A DNA stretch of 64,000 nucleotides from an uncultured Gemmatimonadales bacterium (GCA_963798085.1 CAWCRS010000002.1:256001-320000); one strand, 5' to 3'; counted from the stretch's first letter, positions 21,278 to 34,111 are shown. Made by a program: numbers and translations. Notes: generated by a model from the letters alone, not told the origin.

Positions 21278-21697
21278 TCAGCTGCGCGTGTCGAGCGCGC
21301 GGGCAGGCTGCGCATCCCACGCATCATTGTCGGACTTCGGCGGGATCATGACGATGACGCCCTTGCCGCCATCACTGTCCAGGCAGTCGCCCGCGAAGCT
21401 CTTGTCATCCTGAAGCAGCAGCGTGCAACGCACCGTCGCATCACCGGGCGAGAACGTGAACAGCAGGCGCTTCGCTTCCACCTTGATGCCGCTGGCCAGC
21501 AGCTCGCCCATGGGCGTCTTGAGCGTCAGGTGTGTGGTGTCACCGGCGACGCGCACCTCGAACGTCGCAGCGATCGCGTCTGCATCGGGTGGCTTGATCG
21601 TGCCCGTCCACGTCCCCGCTTTCAGTTTCTGCGCCCCGGCGGACACGGGCAGCGCGCACAGCGCCAATGCCATGAGACACAGGATGCGGCCCCGCAT
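21278..21697 (-). CDS. Hypothetical secreted protein
   Basis: GGAGG RBS; signal peptide ending AGA-Q; GTWTG. Confidence 0.65.
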   Translation of the reverse strand: MRGRILCLMALALCALPVSAGAQKLKAGTWTGTIKPPDADAIAATFEVRVAGDTTHLTLKTPMGELLASGIKVEAKRLLFTFSPGDATVRCTLLLQDDKSFAGDCLDSDGGKGVIVMIPPKSDNDAWDAQPARALDTRS

Positions 21698-22092
21698 AAC
21701 GTACCTCCCTCTGGGTGTGAGACCACCATACGCGGCGCGCGCAGGCCCGGTTTCCCCGGCGGGCCGGATTCGCCCTCTGCGAAAACTGCGTACCCCGCAG
21801 CACGCCGGCCGGCCGGTGGCGGGGGGCGCGACGTGGCACGCGGCGAGGCGCGCGCAGTCCGGCCGGCCGGCGTCGGGCTCTCGCGGCGGGCCGGCGGATC
21901 GACCACCCGTCGTCGCCTGTAATGTGCTGTCAGACACGGTGCAGCCGGTACAGCTCGACGGGCGGGTTCCTGAGGCAGCGGGCTCGACTCGAGATCTCCG
22001 CCCGCTGTTCCGCACTCATGTACGTGCGCGGCAGGGCGACAGGCCCCAGATTGTGGATCAACCATCCCGACATTGCACATTCGTGAGGCCGC

Positions 22093-25000
22093 ATGACCAG
22101 GACATCGCTACCGGTTGGAGTCTGGGTCGCACTGTGCGCACTGGCGCCCACCGCCGTACGGGCGCAGGCGCCGGCGTCACCGTTCGATTCGCTGCATTTC
22201 CGATCGATCGGCCCGGCGGGCACGGGCGGGCGCATCCACGACCTCCAGATCGATCCGACGAATCCGGCGATCCTGTACGTGGGCGCGGCCACGGGCGGGA
22301 TCTGGAAGTCCACGAACAAGGGCGTCACGTGGACGGACATCTTCGGCGGGCAGCCTGACAACACGTTCGGTTCGCTGGCCATCTTCGAGGGCGACCCGCG
22401 CATCGTGTGGGCGGGCACGGGTGAGAACAACAACCGCCAGAGTTCGTCCTGGGGCGGCGGCGTCTATCGCACGACGGACGGCGGCGAAACATGGAGTTAT
22501 ATGGGCCTGCACGACACGCGCTCGATCGGCCGCGTCGTGCTGCACCCGACGAATCCCGGCATCGCATACGTCGCCGCCGTGGGCAATCTCTGGCGAGGCA
22601 ATGAGGAACGGGGCGTGTTCAAGTACGACGGATGCGGGCCGCACGTGGACGAAAGTGCTGTACGTCGACACGCTCACGGGCGCCACCGACCTGGTCATGG
22701 ACCCGCGCGATCCGAACGTGCTCTATGCCGCGACCTATCAGCGGCTGCGCCGGGCGTACGGCTTCAACGGCGGCGGGCCGGGCAGCGCGATCTACAAGAC
22801 CGATGGACGGCGGGAATACATGGGGCAGGCTGGAGAACGGAATTCCCGCCGGTGACAAGGGGCGGATCGGTCTGGCGATTGCACGCTCGCATCCCGATGT
22901 GCTCGATCGCGACGATCGAGCACGCGACTGCCGGCTGGCACGTACCGCACCGAGGATGCGGGCGCGACGTGGAAGCGCATGAGCGCAGTGAACCCGCGGC
23001 CGATGTACTACAGCAAGCCGACGATCGACCCGAACAACGATCGGCGCGTGTGGCTCCCGGGCACGTACATCCTGAAGAGCGAGGATGGCGGGGCGACGTT
23101 CGAGGAAGAGCCGACGTCGCCGACGTACGATGTGGGCCTGAAGACGGACCACCATGTGATCCGCGTGGACCCGGCGAACTCGAATCACATCTACGTGGTA
23201 GGCGATGGCGGGCTGCACGAGAGCTTCGACATGGGCAAAACGTACACGCGCGTGAACAACATTCCAGTCAGTCAGATCTATCGCGTGGCCGCGGACGATC
23301 GCGATCCGTACTGGCTCTATGTGGGCCTGCAGGACAACCACTCGTTCATGGGCCCGAGCGCGACCCGCCACTGGCTGGGCATCCTGAATCAGGACTGGAT
23401 GGAGATCGGCTTCAGCGATGGCACCGGCAAGGCCGTGGATGTGCGCGACTGGCGCAAGGTCTACTCGTCCTCGAGCAACGGCAATCTCTCGCTGGTCGAT
23501 CCGCTGACGGGTGACGCGATGGGCATCAACCCGCGTCCGCCCGCGGGCGAGCCACCCTACCGCTATGACTGGGATGCGCCCGTCATGGCATCGCGACACA
23601 CGCCCGGCACCGTCTACCTGGGCGGTAACCGCCTGTTCATCTCGAAGGATTACGGTTCGACCTGGACCCGCACGGAAGACCTGACGCGCCAGATCGATCG
23701 CGACACCATCCCGATGATGGGGGTGCTCGACCGCGACATCAAACTGTCGCGCAATGATGGCGCCGACATCAGCGAGATCTCGAATTTCGCCGAATCGCCG
23801 ATCGATCCGAAGATCCTGTGGGTGGGCACCGATGATGGCAACGTCCAGCTGACGACCGACGGCGGCAAGACATGGACGGAGCTGAGCCACCACATCACAG
23901 GCGTGAGAGACGGCACGTTCGTGGGCGACATCGTCGCCTCCGCCGCCGGACGCGGCACCGCCTACGTTTCCTTCGATGCGCACCGTGATGGCGATTTCCG
24001 GCCGTACCTGTTCCGCACGACGGATTTCGGTCAGAGCTGGACACCGGTGGTCACGGGACTGCCGACGGATGATGCGTCGATCCGCGGGCTGGCCGAATTC
24101 CCGGGTCATCCTGACGTGCTGTTTGCGGGCACGGAGCGGGCGCTGTTCGTGAGCCGGGACAGTGGCGCGCACTGGACGCGGCTGCGCGCCAACCTGCCGA
24201 CGACGCGGTACGATGACATTCTGGTCCATCCGCGCACGAAGGATCTCATTCTGGCCACGCACGGCAGAGGCATCTGGATTCTGGATGACGCCTCGCCCAT
24301 CGCCGAGCTGACGCCCGCCGTGGCCGCGCAGCGCGCGCATCTCTTCAGCGTGCCCCTCGCCACGCTGATGCTGTACTGGGAAGACGTCTCCAACATGAGC
24401 CATTACTTCTTCACGGCGGAGAATCCGGCCGAGGGCGCGACGTTCACATATCACCTGGGGCAGCCGGCGGCGAAGGTGCGACTGCTCGTAACGCGCGGTG
24501 GCAGGACCGTGCGTGAGCTGACCGGGCCGGTTTCTGCTTCCGTGATCCATCGCGTCAACTGGGACCTGCGCTATCCGCTGCCACCCGGTGTGGGCGGCGG
24601 TGGTGGCGACGAAGGTGGCGGCGATCAGCAGCGACCGGGCGCCATTGCGCTGCCGATCCCATCGCACGAGATCGGTCCGCGCGGCCCGCACATCGCACCG
24701 GGCAAATTCACAGTCACGCTCGAGGTGGATGGCCAGGCCGTCGCAACGCAGCCATTCGAGGTGCGAGCGGATCCGGCCTCATCGATCACGGCCGCGCAGC
24801 ACAAGGCGCGCGATGCCTTCGTGGTGGAAGCTTCGGAACTGCTGCAGACGATCGATACGCTGGCAAATGCGCTGCACTCGAGGAGCGCCGCCGCCAGTGG
24901 TGAGGAAGCCGCTCGCCTGCGCGCGCTGGAGGTGCGGCTCGTGGGTGGTGGTGGCGGCCGCGGGGGTCGGGGTGGCGGCGGCGGCCGAGGCGGCGCGGTG

Positions 25001-25162
25001 CAGCCGCTTCGCCAGCGACTGGCGGCGCTGCTCAATGCGTTCACCGGCTCCGGTGCGCGCACCGGCACCCTCGCCGCGCCTACCAGCACCTTGAAGTCCG
25101 CGCTGGCGGAAGCGAAATCGGATCTGCACGCGGTCGAGAGCGAGGTCAACGCGCGCAGATAG
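22093..25162 (+). CDS. Sortilin/VPS10-like BNR (Asp-box) beta-propeller glycosyl-hydrolase-like protein; several frameshifts at 22620-22940
   Basis: FRSIGPAGTGGRI, repeated Asp-boxes (KSTNKGVTW, RTTDGGETW, KSEDGGATF, TTDGGKTW), GLQDN, ATHGRGIWILD. Confidence 0.85.
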
Positions 25163-25212
25163 AACAGCGCATTAGCACAGCACGAAACTCCACCCCGGGG
25201 AGTCTCGCACCC

Positions 25213-27687
25213 ATGGCGAATTTCACCGTGAAGCCCGCGCTGCGTCAGCTGGTCGAGAACCGCCTGAAGGCCGAAGGCGTTTCGCAGAAGACCTGGGCCG
25301 GAGCCGTCCTCGCGGCTTTCGAGAGTCGGGAGGCGCTGGAGGACTACCTTGGCGGCGGCGAGGCCACGCAGCCAATCTCGACAGAGGCGCCGTCTGCACG
25401 CCCCGCCGAGGCATACCTTGCCTCGCTTACCGTCGAAGGCTTTCGCGGCATGGGTCCAGCGCGGACGCTGGACCTGAACGCCGCGCCCGGCCTCACCCTG
25501 ATCGTCGGTCGCAACGGTTCAGGCAAGTCCAGTTTTGCGGAAGGGCTGGAGGTGCTGTTCACGGGCGACAGCCAGCGCTGGGCGAATCGTCCCAGGGTCT
25601 GGAAAGATGGCTGGCGTAACCTCCACCATCCGCACCCGACTTCGATAACAGCCGAGTTGCTGCTCGCCGGGACAGGGCCCGTGGAGGTGAGGACGGAGTG
25701 GGATGCGGAAGCCCCGCTGGATTCGTACCGCACCGTGGTTCAACCGAAAGGCAAGCCGAAAACCTCGCTGGCCGCGCTGGGCTGGAACGAAGCACTCGTC
25801 TCCTACCGCCCGTTCCTCTCCTACAATGAGCTGGGGTCGATGCTGGACGAGGGCCCGTCAAAGCTCTACGACGCTCTGTCTGTGGTGCTGGGGCTGGAAG
25901 AGATCGTGTCGGCTCAGAACGTGTTAGCGAAGGCGAGGACGGAGCGCCAGAAGGCATTGAAGTTGGCAGAGACGGAGCGGGACGGGCTGTGCGATCAGCT
26001 GGAGCAACTGCTGGATCAGGGCTCGGACGACAGGGCGTCCGCAAGTCTCGACGCGCTGGACCATGACGACTGGGGCCTCGCCACATTGGAGAACCTGGTC
26101 TCCGGTGCTGCCACGGCGCAGGATAACACTGTGTTGGGTGTCCTGTTGCAGGCAGCGGGGATCGAGGTTCCCGACGCGCAGACCGCGGCGCAACACGTCG
26201 CGGCGCTGCGTGAGGCCGTTGCTCAACTGGAGGCCGTCGCGGCCACGGATGCGGAGCGATCGCGAAAGCTGGCGCGGCTGCTCGAGGCGGCGCTCGAGTT
26301 TCAGCAGAATCACGCGGTGTCGGATTGTCCGGTCTGCGGCACGGCGGATGCCATCGGGCCCGACTGGAGAGCCTCCACGCAGGCGGAAGTCGCGCGGCTT
26401 CGGGAGCTGGCCGCGGCAAGCGACGCGGTGCACCGCCGGGCGGATGCGGCACGCGATCAGGCACTGGCGCTGCTGCGGACCGCTCCCTCGAAACTGCTCG
26501 ACCCGTTGCAGATGATGGGAATCGAGGGTGTGCAGGCGGCGCGTGAATCGTGGGCGAATTGGACCCGGGGCGCGCAACTTCGTGACCCCATGGCGCTGGC
26601 CGATCATATCGAATCGCAGCACGCGGCCTTCCTGCGCGCGACCGACAACCTGAAGCAGAATGCCGCGAGGGAACTGCAGCAGCGACAGGATCGCTGGAAG
26701 CCGGTCGCGGCGGCCATCGCCGGCTGGATTCCAGACGCCAGGTCAGCCCTCGAGGGCGACGAAGAACAGGAATTCATCAGTGATGCGGAGAAATGGCTGA
26801 AGACCGCGGCGGCGGAGATTCGTAACGAGCGGTTTGCCCCGATCGCGGAGCAGGCGATGGAGCTCTGGGGGATGCTGCGCCTCAACAGCAACGTGGATCT
26901 GGGGCGGATCCAGCTGACAGGAGCAGGGTCGCAACGCAAGGTCAGTCTGGATGTGACCGTGGATGGCGTGGCCGGAGCGGCATTGGGCGTCATGAGCCAG
27001 GGAGAGCTTCACTCTCTGGCGCTGAGTTTGTTCCTGCCCCGCGCGACGCTCGCGGAAAGCCCGTTCCGCTTCGTGGTGATCGACGACCCTGTGCAGTCGA
27101 TGGATCCCGCGCGGGTGGACGGCCTGGCGCGCGCACTGAACGAGATCGCGCGAACGCGGCAGGTCATTGTGTTCACGCATGACACGCGGCTGCCCGATGC
27201 GGTCCGCCGGCTCGGCATCAAGGCCACGATACTCGAGATCACGCGCCGGCCCGAGTCGGTCGTCGAGGTGCGTACTGCGCTCGATCCGGTGCGCGCGCAC
27301 ATCGAAGATGCTCTCGCCCTGGCGTTCACGGCTGAGCTTCCCGGAGATGTGCTGCAGCGGCTGGTGCCAGGTTTTTGCCGTTCCGCTCTCGAAGCCGCCT
27401 TCACGCAGGTCGTGCGCCGTCGACGCCTTTCCGCGGGAAATGATCACGCGGCCGTGGAGGATGAGCTCCGGAACGCGCCGAAGCTCACATCCCTCGCCGC
27501 ACTCGCCCTGTTCGATGACCGGGAGCGCGGTGGCGACGTCATGAACCGTCTGAACAAGTTCGGCGCCTGGGCAGGCGATGTCTTCAAGAACTGCAAGGAC
27601 GGAGCACACGTCGGCGCCGCGGTGGATTTCAGGATTCTGATCGACAACACGCAGGACCTCTGCGACCGTGTCGTCGCGCTCAAGTAG
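25213..27687 (+). CDS. Rad50/SMC-like ABC ATPase with zinc hook and HEPN-like C-terminus
   Basis: GRNGSGKSS Walker A, coiled coil with CPVC, MSQGE signature, VIDDPVQSMD Walker B, FTHD; tail FCRSALE...CKDGAH. Confidence 0.85.
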   Translation: MANFTVKPALRQLVENRLKAEGVSQKTWAGAVLAAFESREALEDYLGGGEATQPISTEAPSARPAEAYLASLTVEGFRGMGPARTLDLNAAPGLTLIVGRNGSGKSSFAEGLEVLFTGDSQRWANRPRVWKDGWRNLHHPHPTSITAELLLAGTGPVEVRTEWDAEAPLDSYRTVVQPKGKPKTSLAALGWNEALVSYRPFLSYNELGSMLDEGPSKLYDALSVVLGLEEIVSAQNVLAKARTERQKALKLAETERDGLCDQLEQLLDQGSDDRASASLDALDHDDWGLATLENLVSGAATAQDNTVLGVLLQAAGIEVPDAQTAAQHVAALREAVAQLEAVAATDAERSRKLARLLEAALEFQQNHAVSDCPVCGTADAIGPDWRASTQAEVARLRELAAASDAVHRRADAARDQALALLRTAPSKLLDPLQMMGIEGVQAARESWANWTRGAQLRDPMALADHIESQHAAFLRATDNLKQNAARELQQRQDRWKPVAAAIAGWIPDARSALEGDEEQEFISDAEKWLKTAAAEIRNERFAPIAEQAMELWGMLRLNSNVDLGRIQLTGAGSQRKVSLDVTVDGVAGAALGVMSQGELHSLALSLFLPRATLAESPFRFVVIDDPVQSMDPARVDGLARALNEIARTRQVIVFTHDTRLPDAVRRLGIKATILEITRRPESVVEVRTALDPVRAHIEDALALAFTAELPGDVLQRLVPGFCRSALEAAFTQVVRRRRLSAGNDHAAVEDELRNAPKLTSLAALALFDDRERGGDVMNRLNKFGAWAGDVFKNCKDGAHVGAAVDFRILIDNTQDLCDRVVALK

Positions 27688-28046
27688 CGATCCGCGCGCG
27701 CTGCTTGCCGCCGCGCGCAAGCTGATGGCCAGGCCTGACCCGAAAACAGCAGGGTTATGGCCGCGCGGGAGCCGCGCTGCTCGCCCGGCAGGCACTGGAG
27801 TCCGCGCTCGACGATCTGTGGCGCGAGCGAGCGCCCGGCCTCGAGCAATGCTCGGCGCGCGCGCAACTGCTCTGTTTGCCGGATTATCTGCACCATGGCG
27901 ATCTGGCCGAGCGAGTGGCGTACGCGTGGGCCGGGCTGAGCCGGGCCTGTCACCATCAGGCGTATGAGTTGCCGCCGACGGCGGGCGAGCTCGAGGGGTG
28001 GATGAGCGTGGTTGGAGAGCTGGTGGAGGCCGGAATGACACACTGA
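27668..28046 (+). CDS. Small HEPN-like helical protein (frameshift near 27768)
   Basis: After a +1 shift reads WPR-GAALLARQALESALDDLW...RAQLLCL...AWAGLSRACHHQAYELPPTAGELEGW; overlaps the ATPase stop. Confidence 0.65.
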
Positions 28047-28226
28047 CGGTCGGGCAGCAGCTTACCTGCGCCCAGCCCTTCAGGTCAACGCTTGCAGATA
28101 CCGGACAGATATTCATGTCCGAAGTACCGTGTCACCAGGTTTGCGCTATCGAGCGCTTCCCCACGTAGCGATCGCCCTACGGCTTCGATCAGGAAAATTG
28201 CGGGCACTCTGCTTACGTGTGGTTGA

Positions 28227-31200
28227 CTATCCGTTCGACGACCGTCCCCGCCCACCGCGACGCGCCGCTCGGGCAACACGCTGTTGGGACTCCGCATCGC
28301 TCCGGTCCTCAATGTGAGAGCGAAGGAACGCACCGGTATACGATGCCCTGCTCGCTGCTACCTGCTCGGGTGTGCCCGCCACCACGATCTCGCCGCCGCC
28401 GTGCCCGCCGTCGGGACCGAGGTCGATGACCCAGTCGGCCGTCTTGATCACGTCCATGTGGTGCTCGATCAGCAGCACGGTGTGACCGGCATCGACGAGG
28501 CGGTTCAGCGACTCGAGCAGCTTCTCGACATCGGCCAGGTGAAGACCCGTCGTCGGCTCATCGAGGATGTAGACCGTGTGCTTCGAGCGCTGCAGCTTGC
28601 TCAGCTCCGTCGCGATCTTCATGCGCTGCGCCTCGCCGCCTGACAGCGTGGTAGCGGACTGACCGAGTGTCAGGTAGCCGAGGCCGAGGTCGTTCAGCAC
28701 CTCGATCTTGCGGCCCACCGCGCTCTCGTTCGCGAAGAATGTGACGCCTTCCTCGATCGACATGTTCAGCACATCGTCAATGGTTCTGCCGCGCAGAGTC
28801 ACCTCGAGTGTGTCGCTGTTGAAGCGCGCGCCCTTGCAGGCCGCACACATGACTTCGACATCGGGCATGAAGTAGAGCTGCGTCCTGATCACGCCTTCGC
28901 CCTGGCACTCCTCGCAGCGGCCGCCCTTGACGTTGAAGCTGAAGCGGCCCGGCTTGTAGCCGCGCTCGACGGAGAGCGGCGCGCGTGTGAACAGGGCGCG
29001 GATCGTGTCATAGAAGCCGACATACGTAGCGGGGTTCGAGCGGCTGTTGCGGCCGATGGCCGTCTGGTCGATGCTCACCACGCGGTGAATGTGCTCGAGC
29101 CCGTCAATGCCGTCGTGCGCGCCGGGCAGTGTGCGCGTGTCCACCAGCCGCTTCCAGAGGGCCTTGTAGAGGACTTCGCTGATCAGTGTGCTCTTGCCCG
29201 ATCCGGACGCGCCCGTAATGGCGACCATCATGCCCAGCGGGAACGTGACGTCAATGTGCTTCAGGTTGTTTTCGCTGGCGCCGCGCACGATCAGCTTCCT
29301 GCCATTGCCCTTGCGTCGCTTCTTCGGTGTGGGAATCCAGCGCTTGCCGGAGAAGAACTGGCCCGTGGGTGATGCCTCGCAGGCGAGGATGTCATCCATC
29401 GTGCCCTGTACGACGACATGGCCGCCGTGCACGCCCGCGCCCGGGCCCATCTCGACGATGTGGTCGGCGGCGCGGATGGTGTCCTCATCGTGCTCGACGA
29501 CGATCACCGTGTTGCCGATGTCGCGCAGACTCTTCAGCGTGGCGATCATCTTGACGTTGTCCTTCGGGTGCAGCCCGATGCTCGGCTCATCGAGCACGTA
29601 GAGCATGCCCATGAGGCCCGAGCCGATCTGCGTGGACAGACGGATGCGCTGCGACTCGCCGCCGGACAGCGTGCTCGAGCGGCGATTGAAGTTGAGGTAG
29701 TCGAGGCCAATGCCGAGCAGCAGCTCGAGACGGTTGCGGATCTCGTGCAGCACCTGCCGCCCGGCGTCGGCGCTGCGCCCTGTCGGCTCGATGGTGCCGA
29801 GGAACGCGTGCAGCTCATCGAAGTTGAGCTGGCCGAACTCGAACAGTGTGCGACCCGCGATGGTGAAGAGCTGGCGCGTGGCGCGCAGGCGAGCGCCATT
29901 GCAGTCCGGGCAGGTGTGCTCGAGCATCACTTTCTCCAGCCATGCCTCCATGCCCGAACTGGCTTCGCCACGCTGCCGGTAGCGGCGGTAGTGCCGCTCA
30001 ATGCGGCGGGCAATGCCGCCGAAGCCCACTTCCTTTCCCTGCAGGTCGTCGTGACTGACTTTCGCCTCGGGCGGCAGCACCACCGGTATCTTCCTCGCCT
30101 CAATGCCATAGAGGATGGCATTGCAATGCGTGTCGGCCAGCTTCTCCCATGGAGTGTCGAGCGAGAAGCCCACCGCCTGTGACAGGCTGTACATCAGGCG
30201 GCCGTCCCACGTGTCGGGATTGTAGCGGAACGCCTCGCGCACGAAGCAGCCGCCACGGATGCTGCGGCGAGGATCGGGCACGAGCAGGTCGGGGTGCGTG
30301 AGTTTGTGCACGCCCAGTCCGCCGCACGTGCGGCACGCGCTCTCGGGCAGGTTGAACACGAAGTATTCGGGCCTGATCTCGCCATAGACGAAGTGGTGCG
30401 TGAGGCTGCAGTGTGCGCGGTAGAAGCGCTGGGTCTCTGCCTTGCCGGCGCCGCGCATGACCTGCACCTGCATGAGGCCATCGCCCACAAGCAGCGCGGC
30501 GGCAATGGCGGCCTTGATCGCCTTCTCGTGCTTGCGGCCGACGATCAGCCGATCGACTACCGCATCCATGTCCTTGACCTGCGACTCGTCGAGCTCAATG
30601 TCCTGAGCGATATCCACGGTGCGGCCATCCACGATGAGCCGGCGACAGCCTTTCTTGCGCACTTCCGTGAGCACGAATTCCAGGTCTTCGCCGTAGACCT
30701 TGAAGACGGGCGCGCGCAGTTCGATCTCCCCGCCTTCGGGCAGGGACAGGATGGCCTCGAGGATCTGGGCTGCACTGCGGCTGGGTGTGTGCTCGCCCGT
30801 ACGCGGGCAGTGCGGCTCGCCCACGGTGGCAAACAGCAGGTTGAGATAGCCCGCAATGTCCGTGAGCGTGCCCACGGTCGAGCGCGGATTGCTGGACATC
30901 GTCTTCTGCTCGATGGAGATGACGGGCGAGAGGCCGAAGACGAAGTCGACATCGGGCCTGGTGACCTGCGCCACGAAGCGCTTGGCGTAACTGGACAGCG
31001 ATTCCAGGTAGCGACGCTGGCCTTCGGCGTAGATGGTGTCGAATGCCAGGCTCGACTTGCCCGAGCCCGACAGGCCAGTGACCACCACCATCTGGTCGCG
31101 GGGAATCTCGACGGTGATGTTCTGCAGGTTGTGCACGCGCGCGCCCTGCACGGCGATGGTGGTGCGCGGCGCCGCCGGTGCCGCGTCCGGTTGCGCGCGG

Positions 31201-31274
31201 GGCGCCGATTTCGCCGGACTGCGCTTGCGCGGCGCCGCTTTCGCCGCCGACTGTTTCCTGCGCCCGCCCTTCAC
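28227..31274 (-). CDS. uvrA: UvrA-family ABC ATPase (probably an accessory, non-housekeeping copy)
   Basis: [21 protein letters not shown], two LSGGE signatures, zinc fingers, LDEP; GTG start overlaps upstream stop (GTGA). Confidence 0.92.
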   Translation of the reverse strand: MKGGRRKQSAAKAAPRKRSPAKSAPRAQPDAAPAAPRTTIAVQGARVHNLQNITVEIPRDQMVVVTGLSGSGKSSLAFDTIYAEGQRRYLESLSSYAKRFVAQVTRPDVDFVFGLSPVISIEQKTMSSNPRSTVGTLTDIAGYLNLLFATVGEPHCPRTGEHTPSRSAAQILEAILSLPEGGEIELRAPVFKVYGEDLEFVLTEVRKKGCRRLIVDGRTVDIAQDIELDESQVKDMDAVVDRLIVGRKHEKAIKAAIAAALLVGDGLMQVQVMRGAGKAETQRFYRAHCSLTHHFVYGEIRPEYFVFNLPESACRTCGGLGVHKLTHPDLLVPDPRRSIRGGCFVREAFRYNPDTWDGRLMYSLSQAVGFSLDTPWEKLADTHCNAILYGIEARKIPVVLPPEAKVSHDDLQGKEVGFGGIARRIERHYRRYRQRGEASSGMEAWLEKVMLEHTCPDCNGARLRATRQLFTIAGRTLFEFGQLNFDELHAFLGTIEPTGRSADAGRQVLHEIRNRLELLLGIGLDYLNFNRRSSTLSGGESQRIRLSTQIGSGLMGMLYVLDEPSIGLHPKDNVKMIATLKSLRDIGNTVIVVEHDEDTIRAADHIVEMGPGAGVHGGHVVVQGTMDDILACEASPTGQFFSGKRWIPTPKKRRKGNGRKLIVRGASENNLKHIDVTFPLGMMVAITGASGSGKSTLISEVLYKALWKRLVDTRTLPGAHDGIDGLEHIHRVVSIDQTAIGRNSRSNPATYVGFYDTIRALFTRAPLSVERGYKPGRFSFNVKGGRCEECQGEGVIRTQLYFMPDVEVMCAACKGARFNSDTLEVTLRGRTIDDVLNMSIEEGVTFFANESAVGRKIEVLNDLGLGYLTLGQSATTLSGGEAQRMKIATELSKLQRSKHTVYILDEPTTGLHLADVEKLLESLNRLVDAGHTVLLIEHHMDVIKTADWVIDLGPDGGHGGGEIVVAGTPEQVAASRASYTGAFLRSHIEDRSDAESQQRVARAARRGGRGRSSNG

Positions 31275-32203
31275 AGGCTGTCTCCGTTCTGCCCACCGGG
31301 ATGGAAGAAGGCCAGCTCCTGCATGCTGAGGTTGCTCCGTTTCGTGAGTTGCACCGACGCGGCCGCCTTGCCCAGCAGTCCCTGATCGGCCAGGTACTCG
31401 CACGCGGTGGTCACGCCACTGACGCCGTACTGTTTCGTGAACCAGTCCTCGATCTCCGTGCACGAGCGGATCTCGCCGACCTCGCGCAGGTGATCGAGCA
31501 CGGGCGCGAACAGGCGGTTTGCGCGCGTCGACATGTACTCGTCCACGGTGTCCAGCGCGGCCTGCACGTTCTGCTTCGTCTTCTTCTGGTTGAGCAGTTC
31601 CGAATAGATCACGCGGAACAGCTCGGGATTCAGCTTCATCGCCTGTGGTATTACTTCGCGGTCGGCGATCTGGCGCGCCTCAATGACTTCGATGCGGGCC
31701 AGTGAGCCGGCTGCCATGAGGATCCAGAGCGCGGTGTAGTCGAGGTCGCCGCGTGTCAGCAGGAACTTGTGCGCCTTGTAGATGGCGGGCAGTGCGAAGG
31801 TCGCGGCGCGCAGCAGCTGGAGATGCGTGTCGCGCTCGCCCAGCTCGCTCAGGCCCGCGCACAGCTGCGCAATCGTATCGTCGTGCGTGTAGAGCAGCCG
31901 CCCGCGTGTCAGGAACGTGTGCACGAAGGAGTTGTGCAGCGAGCCCTCGACGATCCGGCGGAACTCCGCACGCGGGATCAGCAGTGCGTGCACGTTCACG
32001 CCGTCCGCGTAGAGCGCGCGGTCGCTGGACGCGACCTTGCGGTCATTGATCGTGACCAGTACGAGGTCCACATCGGACTTCTCCCAGACGCGGTCGTGCG
32101 ACAGGCTGCCGCACAGGATGGCGGCCAACACAGAACGGTCCTCCTTCACCTGCTCGATCAGTCCATCGAGCGCGCGCGTAAACTTCTGTTGGGTGCTATC
32201 CAC
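31271..32203 (-). CDS. Pol-beta-type nucleotidyltransferase-like protein with helical C-terminus
   Basis: AAILCGSLS...SDVDLVLV (GS...DxD motif). Confidence 0.72.
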   Translation of the reverse strand: MDSTQQKFTRALDGLIEQVKEDRSVLAAILCGSLSHDRVWEKSDVDLVLVTINDRKVASSDRALYADGVNVHALLIPRAEFRRIVEGSLHNSFVHTFLTRGRLLYTHDDTIAQLCAGLSELGERDTHLQLLRAATFALPAIYKAHKFLLTRGDLDYTALWILMAAGSLARIEVIEARQIADREVIPQAMKLNPELFRVIYSELLNQKKTKQNVQAALDTVDEYMSTRANRLFAPVLDHLREVGEIRSCTEIEDWFTKQYGVSGVTTACEYLADQGLLGKAAASVQLTKRSNLSMQELAFFHPGGQNGDSL

Positions 32204-33971
32204 TGTCTCCTCCGCGGCGCAGTCTCGCCGCCGCCTCTTTCATGCCCCGTCGGGCCGCCAGGTCCGTGGCCGTCAGCCCCTGCGTGTTGCGCACAGCGGG
32301 ATCCGCGCCGTACGACAGCAGCAGCTCGATCACGGCGAGGGCCGCGGTTTCGTCATCGGGCAGCCCCATGAGCGGCGTGTGGCCGTCTTCCTGCACACGC
32401 GCCAGCGCGGGCTCCTCGCGGAACAGTTCGCGCAGCCGGTCCAGCCTGCCGGTCACGACCAGGCTCCACACGTCGCGGCTGACGGGACTCAGCAGATCCA
32501 CGACGCGCGGGTGCTGCTCGTACACGGCAAAGGCAAGCGGCGTGTTATCCCAGTTCTTCTCGCGCGGGTCGATGGCCGCGCCGCGCGCGAGCAGCAACGC
32601 GATGACCCGCAGTGCATTGTTCGACGCCGCGGCGTGCAGCGGCCGAACCGCGCGGTCGTTTTCGACATCGGGCGAAACGCCCAGATCGAGCAGCATCTCG
32701 ACGATATCGGCGCGGTCGCGGCGCGCGGCCTCGTGCATTGCGCTGTACGATGCGCGGTACTCCGGGTGTTCCGCGAGCAGTATCTCCGCCTGTGCCCGAT
32801 CCAGCCGGAGACACGCGGCCGTGAATGCGTCCTCGCCTTCCAGCACCAGCGGCCTGTGTGGCGTGCCGTACTGCGCCAGCAGCGACGCCAGTTCATCGAA
32901 GCCGCGGCGCGCGGCCTCCTCGTACAATGTGTGTTTCCGCTGCACGCGTGCGTGCGGCGGCTGCGCGGGCTCCGGACTCGCGCCGTGCTCGATAGACCAG
33001 CGCGCCAGAGGCAGATCGTTGTTGCGCACGGCCATGCCCAGCACGTAGCGCGCGCCTTTGCCATAGCCGCCCATGTCGATCATCGACCACTCGGGATCCT
33101 GCCAGTCCGCCGCGTGCCCCGCCTTGACCGAATATTCGTGAATACGCTGCATGATCCAGAGCATGTCATTACCGAAGTGCGCATTGTACAGCACCTGGAT
33201 GTCGTACGGGTTGGCGCCGCGTTCGAGCAGCAGCTCGGCCAGCGCGTGCGCGTGCGGATGCGGCGGCGCGTTCTCCTCGCCGGCGCCGAGCACGCCCGTG
33301 AGCGCGGTGTAGCGCGGCCCGAGCGACGACTCATCCACGATGAAGTGCGCATTGGCATCGGCGCCGTGGTCCAGCAGCAGCTGCGCGATGCGCAGCGCGT
33401 GCTCGCTCGCGGACGGCTGCGGCAGCCGTGCATAACACAGGAACATCAGCGGCTCCCATGGCTTGGGGCCGATGCGCGGGCCTCCCGATACGATGGTGGC
33501 GACGCGCTCCGTCGCGGCTTCGGGCCGCTGCGCCACGATGCGTTCGACGTCCGCAAGATCGCCGCATACGACGGCCGTATGGATGCTGTCGTGCGTGATG
33601 GCCGGGTCCTGCTGCAGCAGGCGGGCGGCCGCGTTCATGCGCCGGCTGCGCGCGGCGCCCCCGTTCACAATGACGGCGCAGGCATCTTCGAGGAACCACG
33701 CGACACGCAGCGCGTGCGCATCGTCGCCTGCAAACGTACCGGCTTGCCGGTCTTCGAGGCGATCGCGCAGCGCGGACCAGCCGGGCAGCCCGTACTCGCG
33801 GGCGAGGGCGTGCTGGACATCGCGCAGGCCGGGGGACGCCGGAGCCGCGGGCCACGCCGCGCGCAGCCGGACTCCCGCCTGTTCGTCGCCCGTGCGCAGC
33901 GCCTTGAGCCAGCGCTTCGCTTCTTTCCTGAGGTTGTCGAGGGTGCTCGCGTCGGTGAGCCGGCGGCGCAT
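32196..33971 (-). CDS. Ankyrin-repeat protein with N-terminal 'LRKEAK...AREYG-W' helical domain
   Basis: [31 protein letters not shown] repeats; N-term [15 protein letters not shown]...[14 protein letters not shown]. Confidence 0.88.
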   Translation of the reverse strand: MRRRLTDASTLDNLRKEAKRWLKALRTGDEQAGVRLRAAWPAAPASPGLRDVQHALAREYGLPGWSALRDRLEDRQAGTFAGDDAHALRVAWFLEDACAVIVNGGAARSRRMNAAARLLQQDPAITHDSIHTAVVCGDLADVERIVAQRPEAATERVATIVSGGPRIGPKPWEPLMFLCYARLPQPSASEHALRIAQLLLDHGADANAHFIVDESSLGPRYTALTGVLGAGEENAPPHPHAHALAELLLERGANPYDIQVLYNAHFGNDMLWIMQRIHEYSVKAGHAADWQDPEWSMIDMGGYGKGARYVLGMAVRNNDLPLARWSIEHGASPEPAQPPHARVQRKHTLYEEAARRGFDELASLLAQYGTPHRPLVLEGEDAFTAACLRLDRAQAEILLAEHPEYRASYSAMHEAARRDRADIVEMLLDLGVSPDVENDRAVRPLHAAASNNALRVIALLLARGAAIDPREKNWDNTPLAFAVYEQHPRVVDLLSPVSRDVWSLVVTGRLDRLRELFREEPALARVQEDGHTPLMGLPDDETAALAVIELLLSYGADPAVRNTQGLTATDLAARRGMKEAAARLRRGGDSG

Positions 33972-34105
33972 GGATACCTTCCTTCCGTGATCGCCTGGTG
34001 TCCGCTTGCGTTCAGGCCGGAAGAAGGTCTGTGATGTCACGGCGAACGTCGTCGGGTGGGAGTCCTCTCCCTTGCCGCGGACTGGAGGCGCCCCGTGGCG
34101 CACTG
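33972..34105 (-). promoter_or_regulatory. Structured 5' leader RNA, copy A (candidate translational cis-regulator)
   Basis: 5' hairpin GCGCC/GGCGC; GTCCGC(34082-34077)/GCGGAC(34005-34000) long-range stem; GGGAG/CTCCC hairpin; anti-SD ACCTTCTTCCG complementary to CGGAAGGAAGGT. Confidence 0.65.
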
Positions 34106-34111
34106 GCGGGC

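Noticed and set aside
21720..21900. GC-rich inverted repeats (GCCGGCCGGCC) as an ncRNA
   Set aside because: Low complexity at high GC; no second copy or recognisable family
24590..25000. GGC/GGT-rich repeats
   Set aside because: Encode Gly/Arg-rich linkers inside the BNR protein
7560..27780. Frameshifts in the serine hydrolase, methyltransferase, fkbH, BNR protein and HEPN-like gene as programmed frameshifting or pseudogenes
   Set aside because: Isolated single-base indels with both halves intact and no slippery motifs; most consistent with long-read errors
28050..28226. Lower-GC stretch between the HEPN-like gene and uvrA
   Set aside because: Possibly a gene scrap, but no recognisable motif or start
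32037..34034. Long plus-strand ORFs such as 32037..34034, 46815..49160 and 57267..58859
   Set aside because: Antisense shadows of real genes, typical of high-GC DNA; no protein motifs (only the 3' part of the plus-strand region from 48544 is a real gene, in another frame)
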